DNA from: Octopus vulgaris
Taxonomy: Eukaryota
Length of the DNA: 64,000 nt
NCBI GenBank assembly: GCA_951406725.2
Contig: OX597816.1
Coordinates: forward strand, 73,222,001-73,286,000
Direction: 5' to 3'
This document shows positions 40,853-55,792 of this stretch, piece by piece (the stretch's first letter is position 1; the number at the start of each line of letters is the position of its first letter). The translations under genes were made by a program, and so were the position numbers. The notes under the pieces were generated by a model. That model was not told the DNA's origin. It did not search any database and saw only the letters and a program-made list of their open reading frames with translations.

Positions 40853-40917
40853 TATACACACACACACATACACATATATATATATATATATATGTGAGTG
40901 TGTGTGTGTGTGTGTGT

Positions 40918-40978
<61 letters not shown>

Positions 40979-41089
40979 TATACGTGTGTGTATGTGTATA
41001 CAAGCACATTTGTATATAGCTACATGAATAACTACAAATATATATGTACACCATATATGTATGATGTGTATGTTTACCCACCACACACT

Positions 41090-41136
<47 letters not shown>

Positions 41137-41186
41137 AATATACATATATGTAAGTACATATACCTGCATATATATATGTTTATATA

Positions 41187-41222
<36 letters not shown>

Positions 41223-41493
41223 TGTATGTATGTATGTATGTATGTATGTATGTATGTATGTATGCATGTATATGTATATACAGTATACTCTCTGACACAC
41301 ACACACATTTTATCATATATAAATAAATGTAAGAGTGCTGAGAAAAAAATAGTAAATGCAAATTTCTAACGAAATAAATGTATCATATATAAATTATTAA
41401 TGTTATTCCAACGAATCGTAACATGGAATAATTTATGAGAATAAACAGATGCATCTACATTAATATCCCTCATACATAGATACAATATACATG

Positions 41494-41587
<94 letters not shown>

Positions 41588-41966
41588 ATATATGCATTAT
41601 ATACATCTTATATAAATATATATATGTATACATATATATATATATACATATAATATATGATATATATATATACATTATATTATATATATGTACACACACA
41701 CATATATATATATATATATCATATATTATATATATATATATTCATATATAAAATCATATATTAAATATACATGTTATATGTTATATATATATAGATAGAT
41801 ATAGATGTATATATTACACATATATACACATAGACAGATATGCATATATATGTATATGTATATATATTTAGACATATATATACATATATATGTATATGTA
41901 TATATATTTACACGCATATATATATATATATATATATATATACATGCATATATATATATATGTATA

Positions 41967-42011
<45 letters not shown>

Positions 42012-42032
42012 TACATATATATATATATATAT

Positions 42033-42125
<93 letters not shown>

Positions 42126-42226
42126 CATATATATATATACATATATATATCAAAATAAATATATAACTTATGCACCATTGATAAAATATACACACATATA
42201 TGCATACATACATATATACGTTTGTA

Positions 42227-42277
<51 letters not shown>

Positions 42278-42320
42278 TATATATATATATAAACATAAAA
42301 TAAAAATAATGATAACAATA

Positions 42321-42355
<35 letters not shown>

Positions 42356-42362
42356 AATAATA

Positions 42363-42418
<56 letters not shown>

Positions 42419-42949
42419 TTTTAACGGCAGGTAGAAAGCCATAAATTTTAGGGATGTCAAAAGTTGATCATTTTTCTCAAGTGTTTGAGTTTTATCCTTG
42501 GTTAATCAAATACTGTAATCTCGTATCCGACTAGAGTACTGATTTTGTCGAACTCGGAGTGCTGAAATCCGACGATGGTCTGCGGGAAAGGGGGTTCGAA
42601 CACAGAATGCAACCTAGCTGGCATGAATAACGTAGGGCAGGCAATTTGTACGATTGTGTACCGGTGATGATGACCACGACTATGATGATGAGGATGATGA
42701 CGACGACAACGACGACTACGATGATGATGGTGGTGATGATGATGATGATGATCATGATGATGATCGTAGTCGACGATGATGACTAATACAATGCTGACGA
42801 CAATGATAATGATGATGACGATGATTATGATGATGATGATGATGATGATGATGTAGGAGAGAAGGAGGATTAGTAACTAGATCCGAATGCCACACTAGCA
42901 TCACCACCATCAAAAACAATATTAAAAATAATAACAGTATTGTTATTAA

Positions 42950-43012
<63 letters not shown>

Positions 43013-43382
43013 ACAGTAAAGGGTTAGCGTTCTTACCTTTTTCGCTGCTAGAAGAAACAACGAGGAGTAACGACAGACAGCCGTACGTGTATACGTGTAT
43101 ACGTGTGTGTATGCTAATGCAAGTCCCTATGCATGCGTGTGCATCGGTGCGTACGCCGTTGACGCGTCTCTGTATATGGCCTTTGCATGTGCGTTTGTGC
43201 ACGCACTCGTACTATGCCTAATTCTATATGCAAACGAGTAATTGGCTGTAGGCACCGCCCATAAAAATACAGCAGTAGTCTGTATGATAAAAGCCAAGAA
43301 ACATTCCATCGACCACCAGCATCTGTTTCATGTGGTATGTACAACATACATAGTGATATGTATGTGCATATATGTCTGTGCT

Positions 43383-43505
<123 letters not shown>

Positions 43506-43523
43506 TATATATATGTATATTTG

Positions 43524-43562
<39 letters not shown>

Positions 43563-43618
43563 TTGCATGTATATATATATATATACATACATACAAATAT
43601 ATATACATATATATATTC

Positions 43619-43713
<95 letters not shown>

Positions 43714-43911
43714 ATATATGCATAATATTATTATGCGCTGCAATATATATATATATATTATATACATATGATATACACCCACACACACATACACACACAC
43801 ACATATACACACGAATGTTTATATTAATATATTTGTTTACATATACCTGTTAATTTTATACATATAATCAATTTACAGATAGGAATCTCAGTTTCTCTCT
43901 GTCTATCTTCC

Positions 43912-43945
<34 letters not shown>

Positions 43946-44070
43946 AACTATAGTAGAAGGCACATACCCAAGGTGCCATGCGGCGGGACGGAACCCGGAC
44001 CCATACTCCTGTATATATATATATGTGAGTGTGTGTGTGTGTGTGTGTGTACGTACGTATGTATGCATGC

Positions 44071-44101
<31 letters not shown>

Positions 44102-44506
44102 CACATACATATATATGTATATATATATGTATATATGTATATACATATATACTTATGTACATATGTACATACATGTGCATGTGTATCTATATGCATATAT
44201 TTGCATAAAGATAATGTTTGTCTATATATATATATATATACAAACACATTGTGTATGAATGTGTGTGAGGATGTACATAATTATATTCAACACATGTGTA
44301 AACAATGTAGATAGAAGATCGATTGGAACCGATCAAGTGCAAAAAAATTCAAGTTGTTATTTAAATATTCATATAATGGATGAATCATTCTAACGTAATT
44401 TAATTAAATAATTGATTAGAAAATGCATGATGAGAATACAAAATATTTTTAATTGAAATAAGCTGTAACGTATTTTTGCCAATTTCTCTCCCTCCCTCTC
44501 CCCCTG

Positions 44507-44566
<60 letters not shown>

Positions 44567-44573
44567 ATATATA

Positions 44574-44703
<130 letters not shown>

Positions 44704-44733
44704 TATTTATTTATTTATTTATACATACATACA

Positions 44734-44764
<31 letters not shown>

Positions 44765-44777
44765 TATACATACATAC

Positions 44778-44849
<72 letters not shown>

Positions 44850-45594
44850 TTTTATTCGTTTCAGCCAGGCGGTTGCGGTCATGATGGAGCACCACCATAT
44901 ATATCCATATACACAAGGTATGATACGAAAACCTGCCTAACAACTTTTCTTCACAACAAAAACTATTAGTGGATATTATTTAATTACAGTGTACGTTAAA
45001 TGATAATTATCTCTCAGTGGATGGAGATTTTTTTTTTGTTGCTAATCCTACCATTTTTACGGAATTATAAACTATTATATAGTAAATTATACCCCCCCCC
45101 CCGACACACACACACACAAAATACACACACTCATAACCCCCTCACAGTCTCTGAAATACACAAACACACACACGCTCACACATATATATTTACATATATG
45201 TGTGTATGTATATATGTATATATTTATGTATACATACGCATATATAAATATTCTATAATTATGAACATAATTATAATTAGGGGTCAGCTAATTGCTTCAC
45301 TACGCACCGAATTTAGAAATAGGAGTTAAAAATTCCTATTCTACTACCGTAAGAATCTCCCAGACAGTAACACACATTTTTACGTAGGCAAAAGAAAAAT
45401 AATGAATCCACACGACTCCGATTAGCCACATACGCGTTTCGAGATTAAAGTATTTTTTACTTACTTATTTCTCATCATCAATTTACTCACTGATCGAAAT
45501 ACTACATACACATACATAAATATGCATAGCTGCATACATACATACATACATACATACATACATACATACATTCATCTTTTTTTTTCTTTGGCTG

Positions 45595-46105
45595 CCCCCT
45601 CGTTATCGAGTATGGCCATTGCACGAAACTTAATCAATGTTGTGATCGTGCAATGCCTGTGCAAGAAGATTTTTTTAAAAGTGAGTCAATCCCACTCACT
45701 AAGCAACAGCAGCCATAATCGGAAAAGAAGAACAATTCAACGTCATCAGTAACCACTGAGCCGCAGGTTTTATGTCGGAGTTAGCCCAGTTACTTGAGCT
45801 ACCTTCTCCTAGAAGGATGCCCTAACAAAGGCTATGAGTCCTTCACTCCCAATGGTTTAGCCGCGCGATCGGGTATTCAGTCCAATTATTTCTGTGTCCT
45901 GCGCATGATATAGCCTTAAGACATTTATTGGATGGCCGTTGACTCTCAAGAGTCCCTCCGCCCTTTGACGGGTCTTGGTTTTCATCCCGCAGAGTGTCCA
46001 ATAAGTACCCTCCTCACCAAGCAAGCTTGGTGGGGTTGCCGGTTTAGTCGCCGATAACCCGACCATGCAACAGGTTGTACTGGGTTACATGTTACCAGTA
46101 GCACG
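45595..46105 (-). mobile_element. GC-richer block resembling an RTE-type retroelement 5'UTR or non-autonomous derivative, between (TACA)n tracts
   Basis: Sharp compositional boundaries and microsatellite flanks. Family resemblance is from memory only. Confidence 0.4.
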
Positions 46106-46207
46106 CGAAAGTGACCTGACATGTACATACATACATACATACATACATACATACATACATGCATACATACATACATACAAACATACATACATACATACAT
46201 ACATACA

Positions 46208-46241
<34 letters not shown>

Positions 46242-46259
46242 CATACATACAGACACATT

Positions 46260-47015
46260 CTCTCTTTTACTTGTTTCAGTCATTTGACTGGCCATGCAGG
46301 AGCACCGCCTTTTAGTCGAGCAAATCGACCCCAGGACTTATTCTTTGTAAGCCAATTACTTATTCTATCGTTCTCTCTTGCCGAACCGCTAAGTTACGGG
46401 TACGTAAATACACCAGCATCGGTTGTCAAGCGATGATGGGGGAACAAAGACACAAACATATCCACACACACATGCATATATATATATATATATATATTTG
46501 TTGAAATGGAAAGATGAATTTTCATGTTACAGATTATTCAAAAGTTTAACCGATACCTGGGTAGCAAAAATCACAGCAGAAAAAAACACGGTTGGAGATA
46601 AGACCATATGGTGTTGCAACCGTGCGTTGGTGCGGATAATTGAAGTTTAATATAATTAGTGAATGGAAGAAATGGAGTTGAACGAAGATTGTACAGAATT
46701 CCTTTTATTACATTCTACACATGTTTCAAAGGCCACAATTTTCCAAGTGTCTTCTACTATTGCCTCGGGCCGACCAAAGCCTTGTGAGTGGATTTGGTAG
46801 ACGGAAACTGAAAGAAACCCGTCATATATATCTATATCTATATATATATATATAGATATATACGATGGGTTTCTTTCAGTTTCCGTCTACCAAATCCACT
46901 CACAAGGCCTTGGTCGGCCCGAGGCAATAGTAGAAGACAATTGCACAAGGTGCCACGCAGTGGAACTGAACCCGGCACCATGTGGTTCGTAAGCAAGCTA
47001 CTTACCACACAGCCA
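46260..47015 (-). mobile_element. SINE A interrupted by an H2 element (46495-46743) and a fold-back duplication (46744-46830)
   Basis: SINE halves flank the insert and 46495-46743 matches 1884-2100. Confidence 0.88.
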
Positions 47016-48639
47016 TACCAAAATGTGGTCCAAAAAATACCGCAGAATGAAAATGCGTGTGGACTATGGACCGTTGCTAAAAGGTTCTTTACATTAAACG
47101 AACGATCGGATAGCTAACTGGTTAGATATTTAACAAATTGGCGTACAATAAAGAAGTGATACTGAACCCGTGTGTGTGTTATTATTGACGTAATGACCCT
47201 ACTAAAACAAAAGCATTTATTTCGGCACTCGACTTCACATCAAGAGTTTTGCAAACCAAATACGAAAACAAAAAAATTCATTCACGTTCATTTAATTTAC
47301 CAATGTATTAGGACTTCAACTTAGGCGCTCAAATCTCACGATTTTTTCATGCTATACGAGCAAGGTTTTCTACCTCTGATTGTAGTAAAGCCATTTCTGC
47401 ACACATACCAATGCATGCATGCAGTGTGTAGTTTTGTCGAAGTGTTGACTTTCTATGATTTAAATTTTCTAACGGACGATTACATCCAGTGACGATCTCT
47501 TAAATGATTTGGTACTTATTTCGCCAGCTTGCTGGATCTGATGAAAATTTAGAATATATGCAACCTATAAGCACAACGAAACGTGTGAATTACTGGTCAT
47601 TTAGGTGAAATAGTTTAATACACTATCACGATATATCACGATATATGTGTGTGTGTGTGTGTACATACATCTATATGCATATGTGGCCACAGGACGTCAC
47701 AAAACGTATACAACAAAAAAGTACGAAGCACGAGTACATGAAGCATGAACTATTCTTTCGAACAACGAATGACACAAATGGAAAACAAAACAAGCAACAT
47801 AAAGAACGACTCTTCATCAGTTGCTGGTTGTTTTTCTAGTCTCGTATTTCGAGCATTTAACAATATACGCTTTCGATAAAGCAGTTGCTCCCGCAAAACA
47901 AATTAAATAAAATTTGGGATTTTGCGGAGGGTCAAAATTGGTAACACAAACAGGACAGAGAAAACAAGCTGGAAGGGCAGTTAAGCCTAAACGAGGTTGT
48001 GGTGGCGAATGGGTAAATGAAGTTAGGGCAGGAGACAAACAAGAACTCGTCTTCCTTGTTCCAGCTACAACGGAGAGAAAGAAAGATGGCCGATGGTCAC
48101 GTGGGTGCCACAAGAGAAGCAGAAGAAGAAGAAGAAGAAGAAGAAGAAGAAGAAGAATGAGAGAATGCTATGATGGTTGTAGGATGGTAAATGTTCAAGT
48201 GCCCTGAAAGTGTCTTGTTGTGGATGGTAGTAATGATTGAGGCATCTCTTTTGAATGTATTGTTTATGATATTTGCACTTGACCATTTAACATCCTACTA
48301 TTATCATAGCACTCCCGCATTCCTCTTCTTCTTCTTTTTCTTCTTCTTCTTCTTCTTCTTCTTCTTCTTCTTCTTCTTCTTCTTCTTCTTCTCTGCCAAG
48401 ATTTCACAACGACCTCGAAACCACAAGAGTAAACAAGAGCGGCAGAGACAGGCAGAAACAAGGAAAATATCCCTTGTGCTTGAATACCATGCAAATATTC
48501 TTTTGAAACGCTTCTAATTTAATTTTTCCAAAATTTAATAGTTTTCCATATTTTACAGTTGAAAAAGCCTCACTGACCGAAACCGGTATTGAAATGTTTT
48601 TTATAAAATTATTTTAGCATTTTCTACCATGACTTTTTT

Positions 48640-48724
<85 letters not shown>

Positions 48725-48725
<1 letters not shown>

Positions 48726-48760
48726 TAGCTGATGCACCCGGTAATTCCCGGAAAGCGGGG
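48725..48760 (-). mobile_element. Helitron 3' terminus abutting (TA)n, 5' end not located
   Basis: Minus strand CCGG(GAATTA)CCGG hairpin, 9-nt spacer, CTAG|T. Confidence 0.6.
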
Positions 48761-49784
48761 CTTATCCCTAGGTTCCGTTCTCATAATTGTTTCACTAATC
48801 GGATGACAACAGTACAAAGTATGCAGCCCTTAAAACTGTTTTTGTGCATTCATTGAGAATACAAACTGTCTTACACAGGATCTTATTTTTAGGAATTACC
48901 AATAAGTTATGAATATCCATATATGTCACTAACCGAAATAAGTGGATCTATTGTTTAGGAAAATATTATCTACTTGTTTAAGCGTTGTAATGGATACATT
49001 GTGAAAATAACTCAAATAGTTCAAATACTAAGAAATAAGCATACTCAATTTCATTTATACAAAATAATTTACGAACATGAATGGGTTATATATAAGGATC
49101 CCTTTCAGGAGCGAATGGGTTATTTCCCTTGGATGTTTAAAAATAATATATTAGTTATATGTAGTAGATATAAGAATTCCTTCCAGGGGCACTATTATCA
49201 ATTTTTTCAACAATCTAAGTATGTCACTAGTTTTCCAAACATGAGTTCTACTCCCATGTCAAGTCTCATACTGAGGTCGACCTAATCGACTGGCCCCTTC
49301 CTCAAAATTTCTGGCTTTGTGCCTAGAGTAGAAAATAATATGACATAAAGAATAAAAAATATAGTGACTCGCCAATAAAGACAATCACATCGAGACCAAG
49401 GAAGCAAGTAAGGTATGTTACAACTTAAAAATAGAATACTATTTGAACCAAATAAAACACTTGAAACTTAATATTTTGTCTGAGTCCCTAAAATATAAAT
49501 AACTTGGCATTAATATGAAAAACAAATTACAAGAGAGAAAATTATCTTTGGACCACTAAGGAATATATAAGTGCAGCTTTTGAAATAAGTTTTCAGTTTT
49601 AGAACTGAAGGTACCAGATATAAATTGGCCCGGTAAGATAAAAGTATTGCTTAATTCCAATTCTTGTTGAAGAAAATACTTCCAGAATTTATATTCTATT
49701 GATAAATATGAAATCTCACGCAATAAAAATCTACAAGATTTTCTTAAACTTTCAGGATAATTTTCTTAAACTTTCAGGTGAACA

Positions 49785-50760
49785 GTAAAAGCCATTGTGG
49801 TACTCAACAAGAACTTATTCAATTGTACGATCTCCAGATGGCGATACAGATTTCTTTGAAATTGCTGACACTTTAGCAACCAATATATTCACCATCTACT
49901 TGGATTACGCTCTCAAAACTGTTGTCAATACCATTAAAGACAATAGATTCCCATTGCATCCGCGATGGGCTAGTAGACATCGTGTTACAAGAATGTAGAC
50001 AGCGTGTCACAAGATGCCGATTACGCTAATAATTTGGTATTATTCTCTGATCTAATAAGCCAAGCGGAAACTCTTTCTCCGTAGTTTTGAACATTCAGCC
50101 AAAATGTGTCCCTTTCTAACTCAGACAAAATGAAAGCATAAGCATAAATCAAAACGAAAATGTAAAAACAGTGTCTGGCACATCTCTCAATTGTGTAGAG
50201 TTTACATATCTTGGCAATAACATCTCTGGTAGCGAGAGCAATGTTAACACATGCTTTGATAAAACCTGGGTTGCCGCGCGATAGGTTATCTTTAGTGTAG
50301 AAAGCTAGACATCCAGACAACATAGAAAGGGTTTTTTTTTTTCAAACAACTGTTACCCCTTTTCTATCGTATTTTTGATCAGCATGGACCCTTACTTCAA
50401 AACCGGAAAGAAGATTGGATGGAGCCTACATTCGCATGCTAAGTGTAGCTTTGTTAGTAACCTGAAGAGGTCATCTGACCGATGAGCCACTGTATAGAAA
50501 CTTTCGTCCAGTATCAGAAATCATCAAAAAACGTAGAGTCAGATTCGCAGGGCATGGCTAGAGAGCTAAAGACAAAATTGCTCGTGAAGTTCTTTTGTGG
50601 GAACCTACACAAATAAGGAAAGCAGGGGACGAGAAAGCAAGATTTATGATGAAATAAACTCTAATTCCTTTAACCTGCTGATATGATGAACAATAGAACT
50701 GGATGGCGACAGAGAGCCACAATAATCCGTGCAAACAGTAGGACCAGTTGATGGTGAACA
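49785..50760 (+). mobile_element. Decayed RTE/RTE-X LINE reverse transcriptase fragment
   Basis: IVRSPDGDTDFFEI..DTLA..FTIYLDYAL, DADYANNL (a YADD remnant) and AWTLT..ERRLDGAYIRML...RRVRFAGH...VLLWEP, with many stops and frameshifts. Confidence 0.9.
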
Positions 50761-51397
50761 AAAGCAGTAAAAAAAACAACTTATTTTGCACAGTACAGTG
50801 TATAATAACGTGGATAAAATACAGCCGAAGTCTTCATTAATTTTACTCTGGACTTGAGAGCCTAGCTGAAATATGTTTGTGAAGATGAAGGGACATGTAT
50901 GACATCCGAAGACTTGAGATGCTTTTCAGTATTTGCTATGGCTGTTTGGATCGTGCATTCAAATCCCCGAGTGATAGACGTAATGCCTCACTCTTTCTGA
51001 ACCTTTGTGTCCAAATGTCTATTTCAAGCATAACTAACCACCCATACGCAGTCTCAGAGACTATGAACTGATTTTGTCGTATTCTCTCATCGTCACTCGC
51101 TTTCTTTCTCTCTTTCTCCTTTTCTCTCTCGTTTTCTCTCGGGAATTGTACCTGTAATTCAAAGGTCCAGCCTTGTCACATATTGTGCCTTCCTGATTGT
51201 AACTGAGGATATCATTAAGACACTTCAGTCTGAAGGCATGAGCTTAGTGAACAGTTGTCCGAGAGCCTCATCGGTCTAAAGGCTCAATTTTGATCTACGT
51301 AAGCTATGGCTTGGTGTCAGTAAATAAATACTATAAGGACCAGTTGATTGCTCAAGGACTTATAATGCTATCAAAACGGCGCTGCATTAAGTGTATG

Positions 51398-51473
<76 letters not shown>

Positions 51474-51614
51474 TAGATGTGTATGTATGTGTAGTATGTG
51501 TGTGTGTGGCAATGCACACGTTGCATAAATTAAATAGCTATGCATGTAACTATGTGGTCATCCATGATATTATTCTTGTATGGTCTACGTATGTAACACT
51601 TTAAGCAAAGGCTT

Positions 51615-51980
51615 TGCCAAAAGGACGCAGGCTCTAGATAGGTCTTCCATGCCAGGCAGGTGAAAGAAAAGAGGCCAAACTAATATGGACCGTCTCTTCT
51701 CTCAGATAAAAATGGGCTTGCATGGGGCCAATGCCGCTATCTAGAAAAGAAAGCCAAGTTGCAAAAGTATTGATGACAATTTGAAATCAGTAAGAGCCAG
51801 GATGAGGAATACCCTCCTTCAAAGAAACGTATGACGTGGTGAAGTAAAATCCGAAATGCATAGTTGAAAAACAGGGATCCAACTAGAAAGAAATAGTAAG
51901 AACTGTCCAGAGCCAAGAACAGTAGAGGAAAGTCAGTAATGGACTGTGCTCCAAAAGGACCGAAGGGCTTAAGTAAGTAA
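51615..51980 (+). mobile_element. RTE-derived non-autonomous element with (TAAG)n tail, related copy at 52725-53210
   Basis: Shared aggccaa.ctaatatgga segment and tgtgc.cca...ggagcaaagggctt 3' end. Confidence 0.6.
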
Positions 51981-52000
51981 TATTCTCCCCACTCCGTTTA

Positions 52001-52140
52001 AACGTGTATGTTCTATTAGAACAAACTATACTGAGGTAGATGCCACGAGGAAAACTCTCATATTGGCTTTTTGATGTAAAATGCCCTCTTGTTTATATTG
52101 CTAATGGGTGGATAAATCCTTGCCGCCTTCAATGTGAGAC
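52001..52140. repeat. 140-bp segment duplicated identically at 53231-53370, diverged third copy at about 52366-52490
   Basis: Direct comparison. Confidence 0.9.
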
Positions 52141-52601
52141 CATCAGACCATGTGGTTTCAACCTTCCTTGGTCCTGTCAATGATGGACGCGCGACTACAA
52201 GAGATAGCATCGATTCATCCCTCCACCAGCGATATATATATTGATAGTGTCAGTACAGGCTCTGGTGTTGCGATTAGCCAGTTAGCTTGTTAAAAATATA
52301 TATATATTCTCGACGGAGGCAGTATCAATTGCGAGAGGTAATATTTATGTCCACTTGAGTGTGGATGTTCTGTTAGGACAAACTATACTGCGGTAATTAC
52401 CTATTTATTTACTATACTGCGGTAATTACCATGAGAGAAACACTCATATGGGCTTTTTAGTGCAAATTGCATTGTTGTTTACATCGCCAAGTAAATATTA
52501 CTAATATATATTTTCAAATCTACAGCTCAAATGACTAACCGCTGTACTTCTCTCAAAGTTCATGTTCAACAATATGCACTTTTCTCTATGCAATTAAAGG
52601 T

Positions 52602-52647
<46 letters not shown>

Positions 52648-53410
52648 GTATTATTATAGATTGAAAATGTCTTCGATTTTGTTGAGATTGTTTAAAGTAT
52701 TTGTTATTCATCTTGCTATACATCGCATGGCCCAGCCCTTGGTGCATTGTTGTGGTTTGTGGACCTCAATGACCCTGAGATCTATTGTAGTAGAGCACAA
52801 GCTCTTGGTAGTTCCTCCCATACTGGACAGGTAAAAAAATACAGGCCAAGCTAATATGGATCACCTAATCCCAGAAGTGAAAATGGATTTGCATTGGGCT
52901 AACAGTTCTACATAGAAAAAAAAATGGAGAATTATCGATGATAATTCAAAACCAACAAAACCTAGGAGTGAAAGACTTTCTCTCAAGAAAACATATGGCG
53001 AAATTGCAAGGGCGACTCACTTTCTGACCACTGGGAGAAATCTATCAGGGGGACGAGAGGACGTCCTAAAGGTAGCTGGAGGTGAGATATTGAAGCAGCA
53101 CAGAAAAAATATGTATCCAACAGGTGAGATGCAAGGGGATAGCCCAGAGTCGAGAAAAGTGAAAAAGGTTATCGATGATCTGTGCCCCATGTGGAGCAAA
53201 GGGCTTGAATGAGAGATTCTTTCATTCTTTAACGTGTATGTTCTATTAGAACAAACTATACTGAGGTAGATGCCACGAGGAAAACTCTCATATTGGCTTT
53301 TTGATGTAAAATGCCCTCTTGTTTATATTGCTAATGGGTGGATAAATCCTTGCCGCCTTCAATGTGAGACATACCAACATCGATTATCAAGCGATGGTGG
53401 AGGGTGACAA

Positions 53411-53442
<32 letters not shown>

Positions 53443-53454
53443 GCATATATATAT

Positions 53455-55792
53455 ATATATATATATACAAATCTGAAGAATCCACTAGAATGGATGCAAG
53501 TGCTAATATATGATTTATAAAAATATGTGACATAATAAAATTCTGTAAACATAAAACCATCCAGATTTCCGAGTAACTTATTTATTCTAATATATATATA
53601 CATATATACACACATATATACGACAGGCTTCTTTCAGTTTCCGTCTACCATATCCACTCACAAGGCTTTGGTCGGCCCGAGGCTATAGCAGAAGACATTT
53701 GCTCAACGTGTAACTCAGTGAGACTGAACGCGGAACCATCTGGTTGGGAAGCAAGCTTCTTACCACTGTAGCTTTTCTATATGTTATAACTAATTTTTAC
53801 AGTAGTCACACAGGAAAATAACAAAGAGAAGAGAATGAATTAGAAAAAGCTGGAAAATATTACGAGGATGAAAAGTAAATTCGGTATAGTATGAACTATT
53901 TTCTGTCTATAAGGAACGTCTAACTTCAAAGAATGTCGAATTTAATTTATTTGTCTTAAGTTATGCATGTTGAGGGTTCCAAGAAAAGATGAAATATCGC
54001 TATACATGGCTACCAACGACTAAAAACTTTAAGAACTATAATGTGTAGAATAAAAATTAAATATGCATGCTCTGTACACCTGCATTACCCTATAATGTAA
54101 ATTCCAAACTATCGAATTTAATGCAGCTATCTTAATTGGATTATTCTGTCAAATCAAATGTAATGCTTATTTATGTATATTGTTTTGAATTAATAATGCA
54201 TTTATCTTGTAGGATTGAGATTTCAATGACGGGATTGTTTATTTTTAGAATGACATTGTAGGTTAGGTGGGAAGCCCCAAATCTGGTAGGTAGAATATTT
54301 TAGCCAGAAATACCAGCTTAGTGAGACTGAACGCGGAACCATCTGGTTGGGAAGCAAGCTTCTTACCACTGTAGCTTTTCTATATGTTATAACTAATTTT
54401 TACAGTAGTCACACAGGAAAATAACAAAGAGAAGAGAATGAATTAGAAAAAGCTGGAAAATATTACGAGGATGAAAAGTAAATTCGGTATAGTATGAACT
54501 ATTTTCTGTCTATAAGGAATGTCTAACTTCAAAGAATGTCGAATTTAATTTATTTGTCTTCCAAGAAAAGATTATGCTATATGTGGCTACAAACACACAC
54601 ACACACACACACACACACTATATGCATAGAATAAATATATATATATATACAAATCTGAAGAATCCACTAGAATGGATGCAAGTGCCAATATATGATTTAT
54701 AAAAATATGTGACATAATAAAATTCTGTAAACATAAAACCATCCAGATTTCCGAGTAACTTATTTATTCTAATATATATATACATATATACACACATATA
54801 TACGACAGGCTTCTTTCAGTTTCCGTCTACCATATCCACTCACAAGGCTTTGGTCGGCCCAAGGCTATAGTAGGTAGAACATTTGCTCAACGAAATACCA
54901 CTCAGTGAGACTGAACGCGGAACCATCTGGTTGGGAAGCAAGCTTCTTACCACTGTAGCTTTTCTATATGTTATAACTAATTTTTACAGTAGTCACACAG
55001 GAAAATAACAAAGAGAAGAGAATGAATTAGAAAAAGCTGGAAAATATTACGAGGATGAAAAGTAAATTCGGTATAGTATGAACTATTTTCTGTCTATAAG
55101 GAACGTCTAACTTCAAAGAATGTCGAATTTAATTTATTTGTCTTAAGTTATGCATGTTGAGGGTTCCAAGAAAAGATGAAATATCGCTATACATGGCTAC
55201 CAACGACTAAAAACTTTAAGAACTATAATGTGTAGAATAAAAATTAAATATGCATGCTCTGTACACCTGCATTACCCTATAATGTAAATTCCAAACTATC
55301 GAATTTAATGCAGCTATCTTAATTGGATTATTCTGTCAAATCAAATGTAATGCTTATTTATGTATATTGTTTTGAATTAATAATGCATTTATCTTGTAGG
55401 ATTGAGATTTCAATGACGGGATTGTTTATTTTTAGAATGACATTGTAGGTTAGGTGGGAAGCCCCAAATCTGGTAGGTAGAATATTTTAGCCAGAAATAC
55501 CAGCTTAGTGAGACTGAACGCGGAACCATCTGGTTGGGAAGCAAGCTTCTTACCACTGTAGCTTTTCTATATGTTATAACTAATTTTTACAGTAGTCACA
55601 CAGGAAAATAACAAAGAGAAGAGAATGAATTAGAAAAAGCTGGAAAATATTACGAGGATGAAAAGTAAATTCGGTATAGTATGAACTATTTTCTGTCTAT
55701 AAGGAATGTCTAACTTCAAAGAATGTCGAATTTAATTTATTTGTCTTAAGTTATGCATGTAGGTAGAATATTTTAGCCAGAAATACCAGCTT
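53455..55792. repeat. Complex tandem duplication, ~1187-bp unit with ~600-bp sub-repeats, containing SINE A parts
   Basis: agtgagactgaacgcggaacc occurs at 53717, 54320, 54904 and 55507. Confidence 0.92.

Noticed and set aside
47808-47860. Minus-strand GAAA...CTGATGA suggesting a permuted (type II) hammerhead
   Set aside because: Stems I and III and an NUH site could not be formed convincingly.
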